Shown: one piece after another, positions 56,960 through 64,000 of the stretch
Layout of the letters: each line of letters opens with the position of its first letter
Position numbering within the stretch: position 1 is the stretch's first letter
Source of the DNA: Patescibacteria group bacterium
GTDB taxonomy: Bacteria; Patescibacteriota; Minisyncoccia; Minisyncoccales; GWA2-38-27
Length of the DNA stretch: 64,000 nucleotides
Assembly: GCA_020148045.1 (NCBI GenBank)
Contig: JAHCRG010000007.1
Span: 22,914-86,913 of the forward strand
Direction: 5' to 3'
The notes under the pieces: model-generated
The model's input: only the letters and a program-made list of their open reading frames with translations
The model's database searches: none
What the model was told of the DNA's origin: nothing
Translations under genes and position numbers: made by a program

Positions 56960-57747
56960 TAGTCCTCTTTAAAAATTTCAGGATGAATAAATTTGGCCAA
57001 AATCTCCAGTCCCTTAACTGTCCTTGGTCCTGGCCGACAAACTAACTGCGCATCGATCTGATAAATCCGATTATTAAGATAGGCATCGGTATGTTGAAAG
57101 CGAGGATGATTCTGCGTATAGGATAATAAACCCATAGTTTCTCTATGCCCTTTAGAGGTAATTATAACTTGAGGGTTTTTCTTAATCACAACCTCTAATA
57201 AGTCATCGATGTTGTCTCTATCGATATCCCGCATAATATTTAATCCTCCTGCTACCTCGATTAACTTATTAATTGTGCAAGATTTTAGGGCAATGCACAA
57301 GGGATTGTGAGAACATATATAGCAAACCCTGGGTCGTGGGCTTATAGCTTTAGTTTTCTGATGTATCTTTTTAATCTTTTCTCCTATTTTCTTAGCCAAT
57401 GAAAGGGCCTTTCTTTGGCATCCAATAAGTTTGCCCACAAAGGATATGGCAGATGGGGCATCCAAGACTGTTTTTGTCTTTACCACATAAGTTGTTATCC
57501 CCTTAGCTCTTAATTTGGAAATAGCTCCTTTTCTTAAATCAATATCTGTAGCCAATACTAAATCCGGAGAAAGGGAAATTATCTTTTCTATATCCGGTGT
57601 AGAATAACCGCCAATCTTATCTATCAGCTTGACTTCTGGAGGATAATTACAACACCCGCTTACTGCCACAAGTTTACTGCCCTCTCCTAAGGCAAAAACA
57701 ATCTCAGTATTAGACGGTGCTAATGAGACAATTCTTTTAATGTTCAT
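56959..57747 (-). CDS. BtuF-like cobalamin-binding protein without signal peptide
   Basis: The start was trimmed to MNIKRIVSLAPSNTEIVFALGEG. The protein has LSPDLVLAT and RPGPRTVKGLEILAKFIHPE. It has no N-terminal hydrophobic segment in either start choice. Confidence 0.6.
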   Translation of the reverse strand: MNIKRIVSLAPSNTEIVFALGEGSKLVAVSGCCNYPPEVKLIDKIGGYSTPDIEKIISLSPDLVLATDIDLRKGAISKLRAKGITTYVVKTKTVLDAPSAISFVGKLIGCQRKALSLAKKIGEKIKKIHQKTKAISPRPRVCYICSHNPLCIALKSCTINKLIEVAGGLNIMRDIDRDNIDDLLEVVIKKNPQVIITSKGHRETMGLLSYTQNHPRFQHTDAYLNNRIYQIDAQLVCRPGPRTVKGLEILAKFIHPEIFKED

Positions 57748-58408
57748 TTTTAAATTTGAGTTCCAAAAACCAATGTTTATCTTTAAATATCTTCTTGTCA
57801 AAGATGAGTTCTATAGGCCCTTTAAAGATAGGGCCGTTGTAAACCAAACTGTGATACTCTCCCTCTTCTCCACAAAGGTCAACTTTCTTTAAAGAATTTA
57901 TGTCTTTTACAAATTCATTATCGACTTGGCGGCCTAACCATTCTTTACCTAAAGAGGATGCATCTGTGGCTACAACAATTGCCTTAAATTTTTGATCAAT
58001 AAATTCTTTAAGCAAATTTTCTCTTTTTTCTTTCCATAAGGGCAGTATCGGTTTTATATCTACATCTTTACATACCCTCTCTACCCAATCTCGGTGCTGT
58101 TGTAGGTCGATATCTCCAAAGATACCTGTATCTATACCTTTAGTCTTTAACTCTGAAACAGCTTTTTTGAATTCCTCTTCGTAAGTTTCCCAAGTAGTTT
58201 TTCTCTGAACAATAGGGATTCCTAAAGCCTGCGCTTGAATCTTGAGTAATGCTGCACTAACCCCGTGAGAACGGGAATGCTTGCCATCAACTGAAACCAT
58301 ATTTACCAGATAAGCAATATCCATTTTTGACCTTTGCGCTTTATAAAGTGCTAAGGCGCTTTCTTTGCCCCCACTCCAGCAACAAAATGCCTTTGTTTTT
58401 TTAGTCAT
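57737..58408 (-). CDS. PP-loop ATP pyrophosphatase, Dph6/MJ0570-like (diphthine-ammonia-ligase-type domain)
   Basis: The start was trimmed to the ATG at 58408, which forms an ATGA overlap with the upstream stop. The protein begins MTKKTKAFCCWSGGKESALALYKA. It also has GEEGEYHSLV. Confidence 0.6.
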   Translation of the reverse strand: MTKKTKAFCCWSGGKESALALYKAQRSKMDIAYLVNMVSVDGKHSRSHGVSAALLKIQAQALGIPIVQRKTTWETYEEEFKKAVSELKTKGIDTGIFGDIDLQQHRDWVERVCKDVDIKPILPLWKEKRENLLKEFIDQKFKAIVVATDASSLGKEWLGRQVDNEFVKDINSLKKVDLCGEEGEYHSLVYNGPIFKGPIELIFDKKIFKDKHWFLELKFKNEH

Positions 58409-59331
58409 TTTATCGGCGCTACCCAACCGCAGACAGGACAATGAAACGCTCCCCTGCTCATCCCTGCACTACAACCAGGGCATTGCTTTTCGCCTTTTTT
58501 AGCCTGAGGTATTGGTCCAATTACATCTTTATAAATCTGGTAATAATAAAAATGTTCTTTGTTTATAAATTTTATTGGATAGAATCGGCTTTTTTGTTTA
58601 AATTCTCTATCTGAAACCTTCGCCGTTATAATATCTCTTAATTTATTCATACCCGAGCCATACTCTAACGGCCTCTTATTCTGCCAAACAATATCTTTTG
58701 GTAAGGCATCTTGGAATGCCTTACGCAAAATCCACTTTCCCAAAAGTTTACCGTTTTCTTTTTTAATTTTGAGCTCCGGGCTAATCCTGAGAGAAAAATC
58801 AATAAGCTCTTTATCTAAAAAGGGCTGCGCTATTTTAATTTTAAAAAATTGCCCAATTTTATTAGAGCCAAATTTCATTCTGCGGGTTATTTTCTTAATA
58901 TAGGCTTCTAAGTCACCTATTTTTTGCATAAAATCGTAACCGGCAAAAAGTTCATCGCTTCCATCGCCGGTCATTACTGCATTAATCCCCAATTCTTGGG
59001 CCTTTTTTAAGCCGAAATATACTGTTAAATCATTGGGAATAGCTGGATCAAAGGTCTTGAGTATCTTTATTACCTCTGGAACTGCCTCTTGTGCCTCATC
59101 AATACTGACCTTGTTCTGAAAATGCTCTATTCTAAGAAGCCCGGCTAAAGAAGTAGCGAACTTTACATCTTTTCCCTTTGAGTTTAAACTAACTGTGATT
59201 GCTTTAACCCCAGAATCAAAACTAGCCAAAATAGCCGAGTCTAAGCCCCCAGAAAAAAGTAAAGCCGGGGTTTTGTTTTTCTGAATTGCCGTAGTCAATT
59301 TTGCTCTTAATTTTAAAACTATGTCTTTCAT
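58405..59331 (-). CDS. asparagine-synthetase-domain (AsnB C-terminal, PP-loop) protein lacking a glutaminase domain, with C-terminal zinc ribbon
   Basis: 308 aa with LLFSGGLDSAILAS, MTGDGSDELFAGYDFM and the C-terminal CPGCSAGMSRGAFHCPVCG. Confidence 0.65.
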   Translation of the reverse strand: MKDIVLKLRAKLTTAIQKNKTPALLFSGGLDSAILASFDSGVKAITVSLNSKGKDVKFATSLAGLLRIEHFQNKVSIDEAQEAVPEVIKILKTFDPAIPNDLTVYFGLKKAQELGINAVMTGDGSDELFAGYDFMQKIGDLEAYIKKITRRMKFGSNKIGQFFKIKIAQPFLDKELIDFSLRISPELKIKKENGKLLGKWILRKAFQDALPKDIVWQNKRPLEYGSGMNKLRDIITAKVSDREFKQKSRFYPIKFINKEHFYYYQIYKDVIGPIPQAKKGEKQCPGCSAGMSRGAFHCPVCGWVAPIK

Positions 59332-60368
59332 CTAATCTTTTTTAGAGCAGCAATAAGTTTCAAATTTTCTTTATGCGAACGCACAGCTATACGGATATAT
59401 TTATCGTTTAAATTTCTAAAATTGCTACAATCCCTGACGAGAATTCCTTTTTGGAGCAGCGATTTTTGTAAAGCCTTTGCGGTTATTCTGCCATTTTCAA
59501 TCTTTAGCAAAAGGAAATTTGTTACTGAAGGATAAAGCCTTAACCATTTTATTTTGGTCAATTCTCTAAAAAGAAATTGTCTCTGGTTTTCTATAAGTTT
59601 ATGGGTCTTTTTGATGTACTCTCTATCGTTTAAAATTAACTCTGCTGCTAATTGGGCTAAACAATTTGTGCTCCAGGGAGGCTGCTGCTGTCTTAACCGG
59701 GCGATAACCTCTTTATGGGCAACAAGATATCCGATTCTTAATCCCGGCAGGGCAAAAAATTTAGTAAAGCTACGCAGGACAATTATTTTTGTGCACTTTG
59801 TGGCCTTCCAGATGAATGTGTAATTCTTCTGGTCGGGTAAAAAATCCATAAACGCCTCGTCAATAACAAGTAATTTTTTAGGCAGTTTGTCATTTTCTAA
59901 AATAAGATTACCTGTGGGATTATTGGGATTGCAGAGAAAAGAAATATCTGCGCTGCCAAGCTGAGATATATTGAGGCGGAAGCCTTCTTTCTCTTTAAGT
60001 CTTACAAAGCGAATTTTACTCTTTACGCTTCTTGCCGCACGTTCATATTCCGAAAAGGCAGGTGTAGCTATACGGGTGGTCTTGGGCTTGAAAGCCGACA
60101 TAATAAGATAGATAAATTCCACAGAGCCATTGCCGGGAAGGACATTCTCTTTATCTATCCTCCAGTATTTAGCGATTTTTTGGGTAATATTGTTTGCTTT
60201 GGAATCAGGATAATGCAGGATTCTATCAAAATTTTTATAAATAGCTTTCTTCGCGCTTTGCGGCAAACCCAAAGGATTGATATTTGCGCTAAAGTCGATT
60301 ATTTCTTTTCCGTATCTTTGCCTAACCTCGTAGATATTCCCGCCGTGCAAAAAATCTACATAACCCAT
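59328..60368 (-). CDS. cobD: L-threonine-O-3-phosphate decarboxylase (PLP, aminotransferase class I/II fold)
   Basis: 346 aa with FLHGGNIYE, DFSANINPLG, HYPD and SFTKFFALPGLRIGY. Confidence 0.8.
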   Translation of the reverse strand: MGYVDFLHGGNIYEVRQRYGKEIIDFSANINPLGLPQSAKKAIYKNFDRILHYPDSKANNITQKIAKYWRIDKENVLPGNGSVEFIYLIMSAFKPKTTRIATPAFSEYERAARSVKSKIRFVRLKEKEGFRLNISQLGSADISFLCNPNNPTGNLILENDKLPKKLLVIDEAFMDFLPDQKNYTFIWKATKCTKIIVLRSFTKFFALPGLRIGYLVAHKEVIARLRQQQPPWSTNCLAQLAAELILNDREYIKKTHKLIENQRQFLFRELTKIKWLRLYPSVTNFLLLKIENGRITAKALQKSLLQKGILVRDCSNFRNLNDKYIRIAVRSHKENLKLIAALKKIR

Positions 60369-61312
60369 TTTAACAATACTCCTAAGGAAAGCATAAGCAA
60401 AGATGTCACAAAACTCATAGCCAGGGCCTCATTTATTAATGAAGGCCTTGCCGGCCTTCCATCTTTTCCAAGGTATGGTTTTTCCAAAAGTTTGCCCTGA
60501 TATGTAGAAGGCCCTCCTAACCTTACCCCCAGGGCAGCGGCCATAGCGGCAATTGAAACCCCGCTATTTGGAGAAGGGTGTTTCCTGCCGTCCCTTAACA
60601 TCGTCTTAAAAGCCAAGCGAACGTCATTACGAGGGTTCACAATGATAGAAGAAATTGATAGCAGGAACCCGGAGATTCGCGCCGGAATAAAATTGGCGAT
60701 GTCATCTACTTTGGCCGCAAACCAGCCAAAACGAAGGTACTCCTCATTTCTATATCCTACCATCGAATCAAGTGTGTTTATGCTCTTGTAAGCAAAAGCC
60801 AAAACGGGCCCCCCTAAAATCAGATAAATTAGAGGTGCCACAATCCCGTCATTGGCGCTCTCGGCAATGCTTTCTATTGTAGCCGCTGTTATTTTTTCTT
60901 TGCTCAAATTTTGGGTATCTCTGCCTACAATTTTAGAAAGTTGCCTGCGGGCTTCAACTATAGAGTCTTTTTCTACCTCTTTCAAAATTGCTTTCGCTTT
61001 AACCCGTAAATCCCTTACGGAAAGAGAGCAGTAACCTAAATAGACCCAGGCCAAATTCCCCAGGAAAGGGTTCAATTTCCTTGAGAGTTCTATAAACAAA
61101 CAGGCAAAACAAGCACTTATTCCCATGACACTCAAGGTCAATATTGCCCCTTTCATTCGCTCTTTCCGTTGACCAGCGTTTCCCCTCAACCTATCATCCA
61201 AGAAATTTATCAGTCTACCCATCCCTCTTACGGGATGGGCAAACCCTTCCGGGTCACCGAAAACCAAATCAGCGATATAAGAGGAAATTACCAGGAGCAT
61301 TATATTCGGCAA
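60356..61312 (-). CDS. cbiB: adenosylcobinamide-phosphate synthase
   Basis: 318 aa membrane protein with DLVFGDPEGFAHPVRGMGRLI and DSMVGYRNEEY. Confidence 0.85.
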   Translation of the reverse strand: MPNIMLLVISSYIADLVFGDPEGFAHPVRGMGRLINFLDDRLRGNAGQRKERMKGAILTLSVMGISACFACLFIELSRKLNPFLGNLAWVYLGYCSLSVRDLRVKAKAILKEVEKDSIVEARRQLSKIVGRDTQNLSKEKITAATIESIAESANDGIVAPLIYLILGGPVLAFAYKSINTLDSMVGYRNEEYLRFGWFAAKVDDIANFIPARISGFLLSISSIIVNPRNDVRLAFKTMLRDGRKHPSPNSGVSIAAMAAALGVRLGGPSTYQGKLLEKPYLGKDGRPARPSLINEALAMSFVTSLLMLSLGVLLKWVM

Positions 61313-62034
61313 ATCAATGCAAAGAAAAGAACGGCTATTTCCGCAACCTCACTGGTTGCGCCGATTGTATCTCCGGTCATTCCCCCGATTCTTTTCTTTA
61401 CATAAGTTATAAATAAACATATTGGGAGTAAAGAAAGGGCTAACAAAATAATTCCCTTCAGTTCCATCAATAATAAGAATAAGGCCATAGTAAGCAGGCC
61501 TCCGAGAAAAAATTCTTTTTTACTATTATATTCTATAAAATATTCTGCTTTCCCTTCTTTGCGGGCATAGTTAGATGTGAAGCACGCCAAGACCTGAGAC
61601 CACCTGGCAAATACAACCATCGTAATTAATGCTCTCCAAAGAATATTTTGGGGAAGACTGGCTATTAAACTAAATTTTAAGAGTAATAAAGTTACTATCC
61701 CAATTACCCCCATTACGCCGACCCGGCTATCCCGCATTATCTCTAATATCTTTTCTTTGGGCTTGGCGCCATAGAAACCATCGCAGGTATCGGCGAAACC
61801 ATCCAGATGCACGCCACCCGTTATGACAATTAACCCAATTAGAAGCAACACAACCGTAACTAAATGTGGCAAAGAACTAAAAATAAGCAAAATTAAAACT
61901 AACAACAGCCCTATGAATGCACCGACTATGGGGAAATAAATAAGCGCGGCGCCAAAGTCTTTTCTTTTTACCCCGGACTTAATCTTTATAGGTAGAATAG
62001 TTAAAAATTGCAAGGCTATGAGAAATTGCTTCAT
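61300..62034 (-). CDS. cobS: adenosylcobinamide-GDP ribazoletransferase (cobalamin 5'-phosphate synthase)
   Basis: 244 aa membrane protein with MKQFLIALQFLTILPI, HLDGFADTCDG and GGMTGDTIGA. Confidence 0.85.
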   Translation of the reverse strand: MKQFLIALQFLTILPIKIKSGVKRKDFGAALIYFPIVGAFIGLLLVLILLIFSSLPHLVTVVLLLIGLIVITGGVHLDGFADTCDGFYGAKPKEKILEIMRDSRVGVMGVIGIVTLLLLKFSLIASLPQNILWRALITMVVFARWSQVLACFTSNYARKEGKAEYFIEYNSKKEFFLGGLLTMALFLLLMELKGIILLALSLLPICLFITYVKKRIGGMTGDTIGATSEVAEIAVLFFALICRI

Positions 62035-62039
62035 TCTCT

Positions 62040-63119
62040 CTACTCTCTACTCTTTACCTTTTCAGATACTCCGGCACTCTTAAAAGTGGCCATCTGTGTC
62101 ATTATCTTTATGCCTGCTTCCACTAAACTTATCGCCAGAGCGCTGCCGGTGCCTTCTCCCAATCTTAAGTCTAAGTCCAGAAGCGGTTTTAAACCCATAT
62201 AATCCAGGACAATTTTATGGCCTTGCTCTACTGAACAATGCGCGGCTATAAGATACTCTTTAACCCTGGGTTCTAAATGACAGGCTATTAATGCGCTGGC
62301 TCCTGAGATAAAGCCATCGATTACTATAGGTATCCGGCGGGATGCGCCGGCCAAAATTACACCGGCTAACCCCCCTATTTCAAATCCGCCTACTTTAGAG
62401 AGCACATCAAGCGCATCCCGCGCATCCGGCTTATTTATTTCCAGGGCCTTTTTAATCACGGCGATTTTATTTAAAAAGGTTTCCTCGCCGATTCCCGTTC
62501 CTTTTCCTGTTAAAACTTCTACCGGTTTATTTGTAAAACAGGCAGCGATTGCCGAAGAAGCAGTGGTATTGCCGATTCCCATATCGCCTGTTCCGATTAT
62601 GTCTATGCCGTTCAGTAATTCTTCTTCAAATACTTCTATACCGTTTTCTATGCATTTAACGGCCTCTTCTCTGGTCATCGCCGGGTCTTTCGCCATATTT
62701 TTCGTCCCAGAATTTATCTTTTTGTCTTTAAAATTTTGCAATTTGCAATTTGCAATTTGCAATTTTGATGCTACTCCCATATCAACCACAACGACCCTGG
62801 CCCCCACGTGCCCGGCCAATACATTTATTCCGGCACCGCCTTCAATAAAGTTATATATCATCTGCGGCGTCACCTCTTGCGGAAAGGCGCTCACCCCCTC
62901 TTCCACAATACCGTGGTCGCCGGCCATAGTAAATATAACCTTATTCTTAATCGGGGGGTTAACATTGCCTGTAATCTCTACTGCTCTTTTAGCGAGTTCC
63001 TCCAGCCGGCCAAGGCTGCCTTGCGGTTTAGTGAGGCTGTCCAGCCTTTTCTGGGTCACTTCTGCCAGACCATGGTCGAGCTTCTCAATTTTATCTATAA
63101 CCTCTTTTAATTTTTGCAT
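62040..63119 (-). CDS. cobT: nicotinate-nucleotide--dimethylbenzimidazole phosphoribosyltransferase
   Basis: 359 aa with KPQGSLGRLEELA, GTGDMGIGNTT and LGEGTGSALA. It contains the heptamer DNA repeat in a loop region. Confidence 0.85.
   Translation of the reverse strand: MQKLKEVIDKIEKLDHGLAEVTQKRLDSLTKPQGSLGRLEELAKRAVEITGNVNPPIKNKVIFTMAGDHGIVEEGVSAFPQEVTPQMIYNFIEGGAGINVLAGHVGARVVVVDMGVASKLQIANCKLQNFKDKKINSGTKNMAKDPAMTREEAVKCIENGIEVFEEELLNGIDIIGTGDMGIGNTTASSAIAACFTNKPVEVLTGKGTGIGEETFLNKIAVIKKALEINKPDARDALDVLSKVGGFEIGGLAGVILAGASRRIPIVIDGFISGASALIACHLEPRVKEYLIAAHCSVEQGHKIVLDYMGLKPLLDLDLRLGEGTGSALAISLVEAGIKIMTQMATFKSAGVSEKVKSRE
62735..62765. repeat. heptanucleotide tandem repeat (TTTGCAA) x 4.4 inside cobT
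   Basis: The plus strand reads tttgcaa tttgcaa tttgcaa tttgcaa ttt. On the minus strand it is translated as KLQIANCKLQNF. Confidence 0.9.
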
Positions 63120-63645
63120 CTTTGTCTCCTTTTATCTTCAGCGGAATACCTGATTGCATAAAAATAACCTCATCTGCTTCTTTTGCAAACATTTGATTAG
63201 CCAACCCCAGCAAATCCCGGAATCTCCTGGCCAATAAATTATCGGCAACTATGCCGCCCCCCACTTCATTGGAGACCAAAATCGTCACGGCTTTGCTCCG
63301 GGATATGCGCGGGGTGAGTTTTCTTAAAGCTCTTAGGATTCCGTTATCCGTTAAATCCTCCAACAATAGATTTGATACAAATAGACCTAAGCAATCAATT
63401 ATTACTACATTGTATTTATTTTTTAATTTATCGAACAACAAACCTATGTCCTTGCCTTCTTCGACAATTTTCCAGTAGCGGGGCCTTGAATCCCTGTGTA
63501 GCTTTATCCTCTTTTTTATCTCCCCGTCCGGATTGATGCAGGTAGCGATATAGGCGACCTTGCGGCTTAAATCTCTGGCAAGTTTTGTTGCATAACGGCT
63601 TTTGCCGCTCCTTGCGCCACCCAAGATAAAGATGAATTTTCTCAT
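63091..63645 (-). CDS. cobU: bifunctional adenosylcobinamide kinase / adenosylcobinamide-phosphate guanylyltransferase
   Basis: The start was trimmed to MRKFIFILGGARSGKS (P-loop) at 63645. The track's extension runs through the riboswitch terminator. Confidence 0.8.
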   Translation of the reverse strand: MRKFIFILGGARSGKSRYATKLARDLSRKVAYIATCINPDGEIKKRIKLHRDSRPRYWKIVEEGKDIGLLFDKLKNKYNVVIIDCLGLFVSNLLLEDLTDNGILRALRKLTPRISRSKAVTILVSNEVGGGIVADNLLARRFRDLLGLANQMFAKEADEVIFMQSGIPLKIKGDKDAKIKRGYR

Positions 63646-63670
63646 AACGTTTACTGCCCTTTTTGGCGCC

Positions 63671-63706
63671 AACAAAAAGGCCCTTGACACATTTTGCGTC
63701 AAGGGC
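63671..63706 (-). terminator. intrinsic terminator forming the expression platform of the upstream cobalamin riboswitch
   Basis: The minus strand reads GCCCTTGAC-GCAAAATGT-GTCAAGGGC followed by CTTTTTGTT. An upstream AGGGCTG can pair with the left arm CAGCCCT as an antiterminator. Confidence 0.7.
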
Positions 63707-63781
63707 TGCACCCGAATTTACTTAGGCCCTAAATAAAAATACCTTTCAGCCCTATCCCTCGTAGAGCTCAAAGCATCTTCA

Positions 63782-63937
63782 CAATTTGGGCAGGTCTTCT
63801 GACTTCCGGCCTTCTACTTATCAGGCCTTCCCATCCTTAAAAGGACAGTGGCTAACTCTGACTTTCGCTACCGGTTACAGCGACGGGACCGCGCTCGATT
63901 CTCACGAGCTTCCCTATTAAGCCGCAACACCCAATCT
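63782..63937 (-). promoter_or_regulatory. cobalamin riboswitch aptamer (classical architecture)
   Basis: The minus strand reads TTAATAGGGAAGCTCGTGAGAATCGAGCGCGGTCCCGTCGCTGTAACC...GCCACTG...GGGAAGGC...AGTCAGAAGACCTGCCC (B12 box). The P1 candidate is TTGGG/CCCAA. Confidence 0.85.
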
Positions 63938-63962
63938 GCGATATATTAAATTGTCAATCTTA

Positions 63963-63991
63963 ATGTTAACTCAATTACCTATTTTTGTCAA
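63963..63991 (-). promoter_or_regulatory. sigma-70-like promoter candidate for the cobalamin operon
   Basis: On the minus strand, TTGACA (63991..63986) is followed by a 17-nt spacer and TAACAT (63968..63963), about 25 nt upstream of the riboswitch. Confidence 0.4.
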
Positions 63992-64000
63992 GAAGAACTT

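Noticed and set aside
63929-63957. Second TTGACA (63957..63952) as an alternative promoter for the cobalamin operon
   Set aside because: The hexamer 17 nt downstream is TTGGGT, a poor -10, and it would start transcription inside the riboswitch P1 region. The upstream TTGACA-17-TAACAT is preferred.
1-64000. Search for CRISPR arrays, tRNA/rRNA genes, transposases/integrases, toxin-antitoxin or restriction/defence genes
   Set aside because: No regularly spaced direct repeats, cloverleaf-capable GC-rich segments or recombinase, nuclease or helicase motifs were seen in any supported ORF. The only tandem DNA repeat found is the cobT heptamer.

Overview
This is a 64-kb, visibly AT-rich bacterial window. 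Every credible gene (about 57) lies on the minus strand, tightly packed, with many ATGA or short overlaps. All family assignments below come from reading motifs in the supplied translations, with no database search.

In transcription order (right to left):
1. About 63.99-52.15 kb is a cobalamin module. It holds a promoter-like site, a classical cobalamin riboswitch with an intrinsic-terminator platform, and cobU-cobT-cobS-cbiB-cobD (nucleotide-loop/salvage genes only). These are followed by two PP-loop ATP-pyrophosphatase genes not normally part of B12 operons, two BtuF-like binding proteins (one without a signal peptide), BtuC and BtuD. A second, shorter cobalamin riboswitch then precedes a TonB-dependent receptor.
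2. About 52.15-42.85 kb is a glycan assembly and export block of the ABC-transporter-dependent type. It holds GT4, a WecA/MraY-type initiating transferase, a Glf-like flavoenzyme, Wzm, a 911-aa Wzt with three tandem C-terminal repeats, and a secreted clan GH-A hydrolase.
3. About 42.9-10.0 kb is an extraordinary radical-SAM island with 19 radical-SAM genes. Eight have a B12-binding domain. Eleven are SPASM/twitch-like, and one of those is fused to a GT2. They are interleaved with four GT2 domains, a CE4 deacetylase, two U32-like proteins and membrane proteins.
4. About 10.0-0 kb holds a BcrAD/HgdC-type activase, a 2-hydroxyacyl-CoA-dehydratase-like protein, a NapH-type membrane polyferredoxin and exported proteins. 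It also holds YfhO-like and GT-C-like membrane proteins and a membrane-fused spermidine-synthase-like protein.

I recognised no rRNA, tRNA, CRISPR array, transposase or integrase. Several ORF-track starts were trimmed where the N-terminal extension looked artificial. The main candidate for a novel system is the B12-supplied radical-SAM tailoring island coupled to Wzm/Wzt export.
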